Below, in pieces: positions 35,489 through 45,856 of a stretch of 64,000 nucleotides of DNA (its first letter is position 1; the number at the start of each line of letters is the position of its first letter). The DNA comes from an uncultured Planctomycetota bacterium (GTDB taxonomy: Bacteria > Planctomycetota > Planctomycetia > Isosphaerales > Isosphaeraceae), in NCBI GenBank assembly GCA_963823665.1, contig CAWGMQ010000004.1:864001-928000 (forward strand), in the 5' to 3' direction. Made by a program: the position numbers and the translations under genes. The notes beneath the pieces were generated by a model. That model did not search any database. It was not told the DNA's origin and saw nothing but the letters and a program-made list of their open reading frames with translations.

Positions 35489-37016
35489 GAATGGCACTGT
35501 GATAGGCGCAAGTCTCGTCGCGGATTGCTCTAGACAAAAATCGGCCTCCTTGTAACAAGCATGGGTGTTGACACATATCCATGGCTCGTTTCGGCAAGGA
35601 GGCCGACAGTGGCACAGGATATCCGACGTCGGGCTGAGGAACAGGCCAATGCGCTGAGAAACGGCGACACGCTCCCGTACCACAACCTGCTCGACGGGGA
35701 GCTCGTCGAGTCCGCCCTCGCCGAGGAGGGGCTCAAGTTCCGGATTCGCACCTACACCCCGCTCGTGACGCTCTGGACATTCCTAACCCAAGTGCTCGAC
35801 CCGGATCACTCGTGTCGCCAAGCGGTGTTGAGGCTGATTGCCTTTCTCGTTTCGCAAGGGCAACCCCCGGTTTCTCCTGACACGGGCAACTACTGCAAGG
35901 CTCGGCAACGCCTACCGCTGTCCTTTATCGCGCGACTGCTTCGCATGACGGGACTGGTCCTCCAGAAGAAAGCCCTGCCGGCATGGCACTGGAAAGGGCG
36001 ATTAGTCCTTCTGGTTGATGGATCGACTGCGTCGATGCCGGATACACCGGCCAACCAAGAGGCCTTTCCTCAGCCACGCACCCAAAAGGCAGGTCTCGGA
36101 TTCGCGATCGCGCGGTTCGTGACAATTATCTGCATGGCCACTGGAGCGGTGCTGGATCTGGCGATCGGCCCGTATAAAGGAAAACGCAGCGGCGAGACAA
36201 GCTTGCTGCGCACACTGTTGGAGCGACTGCAAAAGGGCAGTATTCTGCTGGGCGATCGCTATTTTGGTTCGTATTTCGGCATCGCCGAGTTAATGCGCCG
36301 CGAGGTCGATGGGGTATTTCGCATGCACCAGCGCAGGAGGATCGATTTCCGTCGAGGGCGCTGTCTCGGGATCGAAGACCATCTCGTGCGGTGGCCAAAG
36401 CCAGCACGGCCGGAATGGATGGATGAAAAGACTTATGCGCAAATTCCTGACGAGATCACGGTCCGTGAGTTGCGTTTCCGAGTCGACAATCCTGGATATC
36501 GCGTGCGCGAGATCGTCTTGGTCACGACGCTGGTCGATCCGATTGAGTACACCAAGGAAGAGCTCGCCGATCTCTTCCTCAAGAGGTGGAATATCGAACT
36601 CGACTTACGTTCCATCAAGGTCGTGATGCAGATGGACGTACTGCGCTGCCAGACGCCGGATATGGTCGAGAAGGAAATATGGATGCACATGTTGGCTTAT
36701 AACATTATCCGTGCCTTCATGGCCACTGCGGCGGGCGTGGAGGGTGCCCGGCCGCGAGAGTTGAGCTTCAAGGGGACCCAACAAGCGATCTCAGCGTTCC
36801 GCGACTCCTTGCAGACGGTGGACCCGGATCGGCGTGCTCGACTCTGGGCGGCAATGCTCGGAGCCATCGCATATGACCGGGTTGGTGACCGCCCAGGCCG
36901 CGTCGAGCCTCGATGCAAGAAGCGGCGGCCAAAGTGTTATAAAATGCTTACATGCACGCGTGCTGAAGCGCGTAAACGATTACTGCGAGCGGCTTAAGGT
37001 TCTTACAGTGCCATTC
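35489..37016 (+). mobile_element. IS4-family insertion sequence with a perfect 11-bp target-site duplication
   Basis: TIRs GAATGGCACTGT / ACAGTGCCATTC; GTTCCAGCCAC at 35478-35488 and 37017-37027. Confidence 0.96.
35561..36997 (+). CDS. IS4-family DDE transposase
   Basis: VDGST, LGDRYF, FLKRWNIELDLRSIK, RPGRVEPR..KRRPK C-terminus. Confidence 0.93.
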   Translation: MGVDTYPWLVSARRPTVAQDIRRRAEEQANALRNGDTLPYHNLLDGELVESALAEEGLKFRIRTYTPLVTLWTFLTQVLDPDHSCRQAVLRLIAFLVSQGQPPVSPDTGNYCKARQRLPLSFIARLLRMTGLVLQKKALPAWHWKGRLVLLVDGSTASMPDTPANQEAFPQPRTQKAGLGFAIARFVTIICMATGAVLDLAIGPYKGKRSGETSLLRTLLERLQKGSILLGDRYFGSYFGIAELMRREVDGVFRMHQRRRIDFRRGRCLGIEDHLVRWPKPARPEWMDEKTYAQIPDEITVRELRFRVDNPGYRVREIVLVTTLVDPIEYTKEELADLFLKRWNIELDLRSIKVVMQMDVLRCQTPDMVEKEIWMHMLAYNIIRAFMATAAGVEGARPRELSFKGTQQAISAFRDSLQTVDPDRRARLWAAMLGAIAYDRVGDRPGRVEPRCKKRRPKCYKMLTCTRAEARKRLLRAA

Positions 37017-37238
37017 GTTCCAGCCACCGTTCACCAAACATCGGAGCGAGAACCACTCCCAAGCCAAGAGCAACGACGGTGACGCTCCGGGCGCCCCTGG
37101 GCGAAACGACCCTCAAACTCGCAACCCGCGCGGATGAGAAAGACGTCGCAGTCGATCTGGTTGAGTTGGACACGAAAAACGAGACGGACAGCTATGCTTG
37201 ACATTCGGAAGACGAGCTCGACCAGCGAGCTTCGTCCC

Positions 37239-38393
37239 TCATTTCGCGTCCTTGAGGGACCCGTCCGGGTTACGTTGACTCCCGAAGCTGAACGTCCTTG
37301 ATCGCAGGAACAGATAGTCGACACCTCTCGGATGCTCGTTCATCGCCTCTGCTACGAGGAGGGACATCTCTCGGGCGTTTCGGTCGTCGCTATCCATGAT
37401 TCCGTCGACGTAAGCCAGGAGGTCGCCAATAATCGTGGGCGGAAGGGGAAACGCCCCTCCTTCGCCGAACAGGGTCAGTCCGTCCTTCGCGGCCAAGCCT
37501 TCGCACAGCTCCGCAATCAGACGGGCACGCTCTACGAAGTCGAGGTCTTTCCCCAGGGAGAAATCGTAGCCGCGATGCCGCTTCTCGATGCTATCGAAAT
37601 CGACATCATCCGGGATCGACCGCTGGTCCTGCGCTGTTTTCTCAGCCGACTTGGTCAGCGAGGACAGGACGGCGAACGCCGCGAAGGCGAAGACCGTCGC
37701 CCGCAGGCAAAACTCCCGGCCCGCCGATTTCTCGTACTGGCTCAGGCACGAGGCGACGGCCATGGTATCGCACTGGAACTCGACGGCAAAGAGGGCGCTG
37801 TATCGCTCTCTGGCGCGGTCAAGCAAGGGAGCGATAATCTCCGTGAACAGCTCGAGAACCTGATGCCACGCCCGAACATCGCGGCCGAGGTAATAATGGC
37901 CAAGCTCATGGAAGGACACGGCGGAAGACATCAACTGCGATCCCAAGGTCGCCCACCGATCGAGATCCGGCTGCTTGGACTTCGCCTCGAAGACGGGCAC
38001 CATACAGACCTGCTCGTAAAGCAGGGTCTCGAGGAAGACGGCCCGCGAGAAGATGTTGGGATTGGCCCGCATGAGCTGCTCGCCGAAGAATTTCTTGAAG
38101 TTGTGCTTGAGCAGTTGGCGGAGATCGAACCCCTCTTGGCTGGCGCACAGCAGCCAGCAGAGCAGCAGATTATATGCGAAGGACGGCAGGTAGGTGTTAT
38201 GGATCAGGATCAGGCCGCGCTTGCTCGTCACCACGTTGGAATCAATCTTGGCGTCGTACAAGTTGACGTAGTAGAACCCTTCGCCGATTTCTGCCGCCTG
38301 TTCGATGAACTCGCTGGAATGTGTACAGGCGACGAACTTCGCCGTCGAGCGCAGCGTGGCGATGCGACACCGGACATGTTCGGCGTCCGTCAT
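37239..38393 (-). CDS. Hypothetical zinc metallopeptidase-like protein (HExxH)
   Basis: 384 aa; SFHELGHYYL followed ~35 aa later by EFQCD; no signal peptide; start overlaps the upstream stop (ATGA). Confidence 0.65.
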   Translation of the reverse strand: MTDAEHVRCRIATLRSTAKFVACTHSSEFIEQAAEIGEGFYYVNLYDAKIDSNVVTSKRGLILIHNTYLPSFAYNLLLCWLLCASQEGFDLRQLLKHNFKKFFGEQLMRANPNIFSRAVFLETLLYEQVCMVPVFEAKSKQPDLDRWATLGSQLMSSAVSFHELGHYYLGRDVRAWHQVLELFTEIIAPLLDRARERYSALFAVEFQCDTMAVASCLSQYEKSAGREFCLRATVFAFAAFAVLSSLTKSAEKTAQDQRSIPDDVDFDSIEKRHRGYDFSLGKDLDFVERARLIAELCEGLAAKDGLTLFGEGGAFPLPPTIIGDLLAYVDGIMDSDDRNAREMSLLVAEAMNEHPRGVDYLFLRSRTFSFGSQRNPDGSLKDAK

Positions 38394-38734
38394 TTTTTCT
38401 TTATCTCTCTCAGAAGCTTCTGCACGGTCGGCGACTCGAACAGCCCTTTGACCTCATCGATGGTATACCCCTTGAGCGAAATCTCATTCCGCCCGATCTT
38501 GACCGTCGCATCCTTGTAGCTCTTGCGGTGCGCAGCGAAGAACTCGAGCACTGGGCCGAGCGCCTTTTTCGTCGCCGAAACGATCAGGCTGACGGCGTGC
38601 GTACCCGTGAAGGCTTCCGACTCGAAGACCTCATCGTTCGCGAACTGCTTCTTCAGGGCTTCCGCCGCCGCGGCGTCGTTGGGATGGAACTCGACGACGA
38701 CTTCCAGATCTTCGTTTTCAACGGCATCTGACAC
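38390..38734 (-). CDS. Small hypothetical protein, translationally coupled to the peptidase
   Basis: 114 aa, GTG start after GGAG; VLEFFAAHRK...ATVKIGRNEISLKG...DEV pattern. Confidence 0.65.
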   Translation of the reverse strand: MSDAVENEDLEVVVEFHPNDAAAAEALKKQFANDEVFESEAFTGTHAVSLIVSATKKALGPVLEFFAAHRKSYKDATVKIGRNEISLKGYTIDEVKGLFESPTVQKLLREIKKK

Positions 38735-39192
38735 GGCCGAATCTCCGGAGGGTGGGGGTGTTGACTTCTACCTCTCGAGCAGAGCCTGCGCCTCGTCCTT
38801 CCACGCAACCAGTGCATCTAGGCGTAATCGGCCGTGCAAGACTGCATCACATCGAAGCAGATTACGCTCTCGACCTTGCCCAGCAGAATCAAAGCGCTCT
38901 GACGCCGTGTGGTGACGAATTCCAGGCTTAGGCCTCGGTGCCGGTCGCCGAAAAACCCCTCGAGCGCGCTTACCAGATACGCGAATTCCTCACGCCGGAT
39001 TGCGCTCGGCTCGAAAACCTCGCAGTAGGCATCAGCTCGGCGCCGAGACCATTCTGACGACCACGCCATAGTTGGTTCTACCTCCTCTGCGTGCCTAATT
39101 GTTTGCCGCGCCTCGGCGGCTTCTGTCTTTTCATTCTACCCGTCCCACACGAAGCCGGCTGCCTCCCGATCCAATTGGCTCAAGCCTCCTGC

Positions 39193-40782
39193 CTACGGCC
39201 CGCGCCGGATGGCCCGCCGCAGCAGGTTGCGCGTGATCATTTGCACGCGCTCATCCGGCCCATGCGGCCGCGACCAGTGCGACCAGGGCAGCGTGTGACC
39301 CGGCGGCGACGAGAGCCCTTGCGCCCAGAAAATGGTCGATGCATTGAAGACAAAGTTCCCTTTCGGACCCGGGTATATCGTGGCGGTCCACTTCTGAGGG
39401 ATCTGGCCGCCGACCCAGGCGGTTCCCGCCGCGACGACCTCAAGGCCCGCCAGCTTGGGCGGGTCGCCGTGATACTCCCAGCCAACCAGTCCCGGGATCC
39501 GGTCGCCGTTCTTCAGCCCGGTTCCTTCAAACATCCAGTGCTCGCCCTTCGCGACGACCCAGTCGCCGCCGCCGTTGACCGGCTCGACGTTTCGACCCCC
39601 CATGAGCAGACCTTCGTCCGGCCCGTGCTCGGGGAACGGGCCGTGCTCTTTCTGCCGGCGCCGGGCGTAGTCGTTTTCAGCTCCATAGGGCCCGCCGCGA
39701 AAAATGATCCGGTTGGGCCGGCCATCGCGGCTGTCGCGGTACGGGGTGACCCAGCAAATAGCGTTGCCGGAGAAAAACAGCAGGCTCACGCCGTCGTCCC
39801 GCATCCGGAGCGCGCTGCGGAATTGCCGGATGTCCCAGTACTCGTCGTGGCCGACGCTGAGAAATGCCTTGCAGCGGAGACCCCGGTCCGGCGTGAGCAT
39901 ATCGCTGTTCGAGCAATACTTCACATCGTAGCCGTGCTGCTCGAGCCAGTAAGCGAATGGAAACTCGAACGGGAGGAATTCGCCGGATCCAAACGTGAGC
40001 GGATCATCAACCACACCGTTATGCTGCGCCTCTCGGCCGTACGGCCGATCGAAGCTCACGTCGGCCCACGGACCCTGATCTCCCCGCGGATGGGTGTAAA
40101 GCGAAAAGTGGTTCGGCCAACGATTGTAAGCCTGCCAGGTATTGTCCGAGCACTGGAAAAGGACGTCGGCGGGGCGATCGTCACGTACGATGAAGATCAC
40201 GTAGCTCTGCCAGTAGGGCTCGCTGTCACCTTCGACCACGGTCGTGAGCCGCCCCAGGTAGACCCCACTGAGCCAGTCTCCCGGAATGGTGAATCGGATG
40301 GCCGGCGGCCACTCGCACTCATGAAGGTTCTTGCCGCCGGGCTTGGGCACCGTTTGGGCCTTGCCCTGGAAAGGGCCGAGCGTCGTTACGGCCCGCGCCC
40401 CACGCCCGCCGTAGTATCCCATTCGAAACATCTCGATTCGAAACCGTCGTGGCGGTTGCGTCGAGACCATGATATCGATGGTCTCCCCAGCCTTGACGCT
40501 CTGCTTCGAGCAGTATCCTTCGATCCATGAAGTACGGAAACCGTCTCGGTCAGCACGCACACGGGTCAACTGCCAGTCGGTCGCTCCCGGCTTGCGATTC
40601 TCCGTTACCACCAGGTTGGCGGCGCGTCCAATGGTCCCCTCCGGTTGTCGCGCCAACACACGTTGACACGTGGACGACGGGAGCAACAGCTCTCCGAAGC
40701 CCAGTGCAACCATGGTGACGAAATCGGCCCGCATGCGAGTTAACGACCCGCGGCTCGAGCGGGTCTGGCCAGGAGTGTTCAT
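39193..40782 (-). CDS. N,N-dimethylformamidase beta-subunit/DUF6605-like protein
   Basis: IEGYCSKQSV, FRMGYYGG, TWQAYN, VSFDRPY, SVGHDEYW, FFSGN, LVGWEY motifs. Confidence 0.8.
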   Translation of the reverse strand: MNTPGQTRSSRGSLTRMRADFVTMVALGFGELLLPSSTCQRVLARQPEGTIGRAANLVVTENRKPGATDWQLTRVRADRDGFRTSWIEGYCSKQSVKAGETIDIMVSTQPPRRFRIEMFRMGYYGGRGARAVTTLGPFQGKAQTVPKPGGKNLHECEWPPAIRFTIPGDWLSGVYLGRLTTVVEGDSEPYWQSYVIFIVRDDRPADVLFQCSDNTWQAYNRWPNHFSLYTHPRGDQGPWADVSFDRPYGREAQHNGVVDDPLTFGSGEFLPFEFPFAYWLEQHGYDVKYCSNSDMLTPDRGLRCKAFLSVGHDEYWDIRQFRSALRMRDDGVSLLFFSGNAICWVTPYRDSRDGRPNRIIFRGGPYGAENDYARRRQKEHGPFPEHGPDEGLLMGGRNVEPVNGGGDWVVAKGEHWMFEGTGLKNGDRIPGLVGWEYHGDPPKLAGLEVVAAGTAWVGGQIPQKWTATIYPGPKGNFVFNASTIFWAQGLSSPPGHTLPWSHWSRPHGPDERVQMITRNLLRRAIRRGP

Positions 40783-41089
40783 CGTGGATACTACATAGCT
40801 GGTATTGCGAGCAGGTTCAAGTCGACGCTTCGCTCCAGAGGCAAACCGCGGGAGACAACAGGATATCCAGCCAGCTCACGATCGGATTGTTCTCGCTCGT
40901 GCTCTTGAGACTGGCCGTGCCGATCCCTCTGGTTCTTCCAGGCTCCATCGCTCGGTTCTGGCCGTCTGCCCGGCTTGCCTCGGACTTCGTCGTGGGCGAC
41001 GTCCGACGATCCCAGTCATCAATACTGCTGCCCTGCCAGTCGAATGGCCCGGGCCCGCCGGAAACCTCAATGCGATCCGAGTCGCGGAG

Positions 41090-41265
41090 ATCGCTCCCGC
41101 CTCTTGCGAAATCCCCAGCACCTGCGCCACCTCGGCGCGGCCGAGCTGCTCGAAATGTCTCAGCGCGAGCACCTCCCGGTCGATTGGGTCGAGGCTGTTC
41201 AGCGCCTCTTGCACCCGCAGCATCCGCTCGGCGCGCTGAGCGGCCTGTGTCGGCGAGGTGTACCT
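41090..41265 (-). pseudogene. Orphan region-4 fragment of an ECF sigma factor
   Basis: TSPTQAAQRAERMLRVQEALNSLDPIDREVLALRHFEQLGRAEVAQVLGISQEAG with no region 2 and a degenerate tail. Confidence 0.7.
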
Positions 41266-41420
41266 TCGAGTGAGGATCCGCTGAACTGCGTCCGCCTTCC
41301 GCCGTCTCCGGGGCTCGCGGAAGGGAAAACCCGAGTTTTCCATCGCAAGTTCGCAGATTGAGGATATCCTTGATCAATACAACGTGGGACCGGTACTGTA
41401 CTCTCAAGAGGAAGCTCGCC

Positions 41421-42407
41421 ATGATGTGTCGTTTCCCGCGCCGGTCGGCCCCGTTGCGCCGTCGCCGGTGCGTTTGCCCGAGGCTGGACACGCTCGAAGT
41501 GCGCAGGGCCCTCTCGCATGTCTTGCCCGCCGATGGCACCATCCTCGTCGCCACGACGCGAATTGTGGACAAGCACGCTCCCACGGGGATCGTCGAGGTC
41601 AACCCGACGACCGGTGCGCAATCCGTCCTCTCGTCGCGAGGCCTCTTTTCGACGCCACTCGATCTTCGCGAGGCGCCGAACGGCACCCTCTATGTCGCCG
41701 ACTCTACCGCCAGGAAAACCGGAGCCGTGATCTCGGTTAACCCCTCCACCGGCGCCCAGAAACTCATCGCGTCGGGCGGTCATCTCAATCGTCCGCTCGC
41801 GATCCAGTATTTAAACGGCGATCTCTTCGTGACGGACTCCGGAAAAGCAAAGGGGCACGCCACCCCAAATGTGATCGAGATCAACCCGCGCACCCACAAA
41901 CAGACGATCGTTACTCAAGGAGGCTCCCTGTTGCAGCCGCTGGCAATCCAGCCCGGTCCCGGCGACACGATCTATGTCGCCGACGGTCTTGCCGACTCGA
42001 CGGGCGCCATCTTTCAGGTGAATCTTCAGACCGGCCAGCAGACTCTGATCGCCACCGGCAGATACCTCAATCAACCAGTTGACATGGCCTTGGATCCGCA
42101 GGGCAGTCTCATCGTGGTGGATGCCGCGGGCGGCGATGCCCCCGGTCTCGGCAACGTGGTGAGCATCAACCGCAAGACGGGCGGCCAGACCCTGATCTCC
42201 ACCGGCGGGCTTCTCGCCAATACCAACGGCGACTCGGTGGACGCCGCGGGCGACATCTTCGTATCGACGTTCGCAACCGCCCGTCCCAGTACCCAGGCCC
42301 GCATTCTCGAAATCAATCCTTCCACGGGCGCCCAGAGCATCGTCGCCACGGGCGGTTCCCTCGACTTCGCGTCCGGAGAGGTGATCTTCTCCCGGCCAAC
42401 AACTTGA
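41421..42407 (+). CDS. Secreted beta-propeller (NHL-like) repeat protein
   Basis: PRLDTLEVRRALS export motif; ~6 repeats of G.lyVAD...G.i..VNP.TG.Q..ia.GG.L. Confidence 0.75.
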   Translation: MMCRFPRRSAPLRRRRCVCPRLDTLEVRRALSHVLPADGTILVATTRIVDKHAPTGIVEVNPTTGAQSVLSSRGLFSTPLDLREAPNGTLYVADSTARKTGAVISVNPSTGAQKLIASGGHLNRPLAIQYLNGDLFVTDSGKAKGHATPNVIEINPRTHKQTIVTQGGSLLQPLAIQPGPGDTIYVADGLADSTGAIFQVNLQTGQQTLIATGRYLNQPVDMALDPQGSLIVVDAAGGDAPGLGNVVSINRKTGGQTLISTGGLLANTNGDSVDAAGDIFVSTFATARPSTQARILEINPSTGAQSIVATGGSLDFASGEVIFSRPTT

Positions 42408-42473
42408 GCTAACATCCCGTCATGCCCGACCAGTTGTCGTCTGAGTCAGCAAAGTTGTTATCGTGCCCCGCGA

Positions 42474-42833
42474 TCACGAACTGGTGAGTGCTCGTATCCG
42501 CAGCTTGCTTTTCGTGACAACGATAAACTTGCCAGGCAGGTTCTTTTCAATCGCAGCCCACGCCTTTTGCAGACGTAAAAGGCGAATCGACGCAGGAGAA
42601 TCCTCCATCCTCATCAGGACCACGCCGTGACTGTTGAGGCCGTCGCGGAAAACCAATTCCCCGAAATCCAAGTCCTCGGTCAGGATGACAAAGCCTTGGG
42701 CCTCGGCCTCGCTTAAAAGGTCAACATCCGGTGCCTGCACTCGATCTTCCGCCGCGTAGAGCACATCATGCCCTTGCGCGCGTAGCCACTCGACTATGGA
42801 GCGCGGAATGTTTTCATCGGCAAGCAGTTGCAC
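42474..42833 (-). CDS. DUF5615 PIN-like toxin (VapC45-like)
   Basis: LLADENI...LRAQGHDV...D..L...ILTEDLDFGEL...HGVV. Confidence 0.85.
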   Translation of the reverse strand: MQLLADENIPRSIVEWLRAQGHDVLYAAEDRVQAPDVDLLSEAEAQGFVILTEDLDFGELVFRDGLNSHGVVLMRMEDSPASIRLLRLQKAWAAIEKNLPGKFIVVTKSKLRIRALTSS

Positions 42834-42854
42834 ACGCGGCGACCTTCTCTGGCG

Positions 42855-43085
42855 TTATTGAAAGATGCACTCATCCATTGCGAGCATGTCAGCAGCGTAT
42901 TGGTGGGCCGCCTGAATGTGCGCGGCCTTGAGCTTCGGGTAATTGTCAAGAAGATCTTGATGGCTCATGCCCGTCCCGAGTTCACGAAGAACATGCTCGA
43001 CGGTGAGTCGCGTCCCCTTGAACACCGGCTTGCCCAGCATCACGTCCTTGCGTTCCTCGATATAGTCCTGCCACTTTCCCGCCAT
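42855..43085 (-). CDS. DUF433 antitoxin
   Basis: VMLGKPVFKGTRLTVEHVL...DLLDNYPKL...IQAA..YAA; extended -10 TGTTATAAT at 43128-43136 on the minus strand. Confidence 0.88.
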   Translation of the reverse strand: MAGKWQDYIEERKDVMLGKPVFKGTRLTVEHVLRELGTGMSHQDLLDNYPKLKAAHIQAAHQYAADMLAMDECIFQ

Positions 43086-43305
43086 TGCGATTCTCCTACT
43101 CACGTGCACGTCGGCATCCAAAGAAGAATTATAACATTTGGCCCGCCCGCGAACGACCACGAGTTCCATACCAGCGCTAAATCCCAAGCGCCGCGCCACC
43201 TTGCAGATTGCGACCGCCCCACGCCACCGATACCATGACGCGAGCACCGCAGAGCTCGTGAAAATCAGCCCAATGGCCCCGGCAAGATCCATCGAGGAAC
43301 GACCC

Positions 43306-45777
43306 ATGGCAAACCGAATCCGCACCTGCCTCTTCCTCCTGTGCACCACAACGCTACTCTGCCTCACCTCCGCCTCCGCCCAGACCCCCTACAAAGTCCC
43401 CCCCAAAGACGTCGTCGCCATCCTCGACGCACCGCCCCCTCCGCTCCGCACCTTGAGCCCGACACGCGACTCGCTTTTGCAGGTCGGGGTCCAGCCCTAC
43501 CCATCAATCGAAGTCGTTGCCCAGCCGATCCTCCGGCTCGCCGGCCTGCGCATCAACCCGCGAACCGGCTCCCAGCAGCGCCTCGTCCATTACACCGGGT
43601 TGAGCATCCAAGCTCTCGACGGCTCCCCCGCGCGCCACATCGCACTGCCGGGGGGAAGCATCCACCGCCCCGAATGGTCCCATGACGGCAAGAGAATCGC
43701 ATTCGCCCGCGACGTCGATGATGGCGTCGAGCTCTGGGTTGTCGATATAGCCAGCGGCCAGGCCAATGCAATCCCCGGCGCTCGCCTGAACGACATACTC
43801 GGCAACCCCGTCACCTGGCTCTCCGATAACCGCCACATCCTGGCCGTCCTCGTGCCCGAAGGACGAGGCCCAGCTCCCGCCGCGCCGCGGGCCCCCGTCG
43901 GCCCCAACGTGCAAGAAAGCTCCGGCCACTTGAGCCAGATGGCAACTTTTCAAGACATGCTCACTAACGCGCACGACGAAGACCTCTTCCAGCACTTCGC
44001 GACCAACCAGCTCGCTCGGGTCGACACCGAAACAGGTCAAATCACGCGAATTGGTCCCGCAGCCCTCATCCAGGACGCGGCTTTCTCACCCGACGAAAAG
44101 TTCCTGCTCGTGGAAACGATTCGCCGCCCGTTCTCCTATCGCGTCCCATACTCTTTTTTCACGCGCAAGACCGAAGTCTGGGACTCAAGCGGCAAGCCCG
44201 TCGTCACCATCGCCGACCTGCCCGTCTCCGACGATGTCCCCCGCCAGGGCGTACCCACCGGACCTCGCTCGGTAACCTGGCAGCCGCTGCACGACGCCCG
44301 TTTGATCTGGACCGAGGCACTCGACGGCGGCGACCCGAAAAAGAAGGTCCCGCACCGCGACAAGGTCATGTCGCTCGAGGCCCCGTTCACCGCCAAACCA
44401 AGCTTGGTGATGGAAGTCCAGCATCGCTCCAGCGGCTTCGCCTGGCTGCCCCAGAAAGACCTTGCGCTCGCCACCGAATTCGATCGCGACCGCCGCTGGC
44501 GCACCACCGCGCTCGTCGACCTCACCAAACCCACCGAATCGCGCAAGGTCCTGTTCGATCTGAGTATCAATGACGCCTACGGAGACCCCGGCGCGCCCAT
44601 GTCCGTCACCCGCCGCGACGGCGTCAGAACAATCCTCCGGGACGGTGATTCCATCTACCTGGTCGGTCGCGGCGCCTCGCCCGAGGGCTCGCGCCCTTTC
44701 CTCGATAAGATGGACCTGAAGACATCCGAAAAGAAACGCCTCTTCCGTTGCGGCGACGGGATGTACGACTCGGTGCTCGGCTTCGTAGGCGACTCGCGCA
44801 GCACGATCGTGATCAGTCACGAGACGAAGACCGAGCCGGCCAACGACTTCACCGTCGATCTCGAGACCGGCAAGCGTACCAAGCTCACCGATTTCCGCGA
44901 CCCCGCCCCCGAGCTCACCGGCCTCAAGAAAGAGCTGATCAAATACAAGCGTGACGACGGCGTGCCCCTCTCCGGCACGCTTTATCTACCTCCTGGCTAC
45001 AAGGAAGGAACCCGGCTGCCCCTGATCATCTGGGCCTACCCCCTCGAATACAGCGACGCCGCCACCGCCGGCCAGGTGCGCACGTCTCCCTACACTTTCA
45101 CCAGCTTGGTCGGCCCGTCCCAGTTGTTCTTCGTCACTCAGGGCTACGCCGTGCTCGATAACGCGACCATGCCCGTCGTCGGCGACCCCGAAACCATGAA
45201 CGACACCTACGTCGAGCAGATCTCCTCCGCAGCCCGCGCCGCCATCGAGACACTCGACAAGAAGGGGGTGATCGATCCCAAACGTGTGGGCGTCGGCGGC
45301 CACAGCTACGGCGCGTTCATGACGGCTAACTTGCTCGCCCATACCGACCTCTTCGCCGCCGGCATCGCCCGCAGCGGCGCCTACAACCGCTCCTTGACGC
45401 CCTTTGGCTTTCAAACCGAGCGCCGCAGCTACTGGGAGGCAACGGGCCTCTACACCAGGATGTCGCCATTTACGTATGCAAACAAGATCAATGAACCGAT
45501 CTTGTTGATCCACGGCGAGGCCGATAACAACTCCGGCACGTTCCCGATCCAGTCCGAGCGCCTCTTCCAGGCAATCAAGGGAAACGGCGGCACCGCCCGC
45601 CTGGTTCTCCTGCCGCACGAGAGCCACGGCTACCGCGCCCGGGAATCCGTCCTCCATGTCCTGGCCGAGATGTTCGATTGGGCCGACCGATACGTCAAGA
45701 ACCGCCCGGACTCCACCGGCTCCGCCGCGCCCCCTGCAAATTTGACCACCCCACCTCCAGCAGGCTCGGGCCGCTAA
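43306..45777 (+). CDS. S9-family (prolyl oligopeptidase-like) serine peptidase
   Basis: Signal peptide; beta-propeller; GGHSYGAF nucleophile, HGEADNN, HESHGY. Confidence 0.92.
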   Translation: MANRIRTCLFLLCTTTLLCLTSASAQTPYKVPPKDVVAILDAPPPPLRTLSPTRDSLLQVGVQPYPSIEVVAQPILRLAGLRINPRTGSQQRLVHYTGLSIQALDGSPARHIALPGGSIHRPEWSHDGKRIAFARDVDDGVELWVVDIASGQANAIPGARLNDILGNPVTWLSDNRHILAVLVPEGRGPAPAAPRAPVGPNVQESSGHLSQMATFQDMLTNAHDEDLFQHFATNQLARVDTETGQITRIGPAALIQDAAFSPDEKFLLVETIRRPFSYRVPYSFFTRKTEVWDSSGKPVVTIADLPVSDDVPRQGVPTGPRSVTWQPLHDARLIWTEALDGGDPKKKVPHRDKVMSLEAPFTAKPSLVMEVQHRSSGFAWLPQKDLALATEFDRDRRWRTTALVDLTKPTESRKVLFDLSINDAYGDPGAPMSVTRRDGVRTILRDGDSIYLVGRGASPEGSRPFLDKMDLKTSEKKRLFRCGDGMYDSVLGFVGDSRSTIVISHETKTEPANDFTVDLETGKRTKLTDFRDPAPELTGLKKELIKYKRDDGVPLSGTLYLPPGYKEGTRLPLIIWAYPLEYSDAATAGQVRTSPYTFTSLVGPSQLFFVTQGYAVLDNATMPVVGDPETMNDTYVEQISSAARAAIETLDKKGVIDPKRVGVGGHSYGAFMTANLLAHTDLFAAGIARSGAYNRSLTPFGFQTERRSYWEATGLYTRMSPFTYANKINEPILLIHGEADNNSGTFPIQSERLFQAIKGNGGTARLVLLPHESHGYRARESVLHVLAEMFDWADRYVKNRPDSTGSAAPPANLTTPPPAGSGR

Positions 45778-45856
45778 GAATATCGCGTCGCTTGACGCGA
45801 ATGACATGTTGAAGCCGGACAACTGCACCCGGCCCCGGAACCAACCTTGCGAGGTC

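Noticed and set aside
37332..38519. 395-aa plus-strand ORF
   Set aside because: Antisense to the coupled two-gene operon and lacks recognisable motifs
39091..40530. 479-aa plus-strand ORF
   Set aside because: Antisense shadow of the DUF6605-like gene
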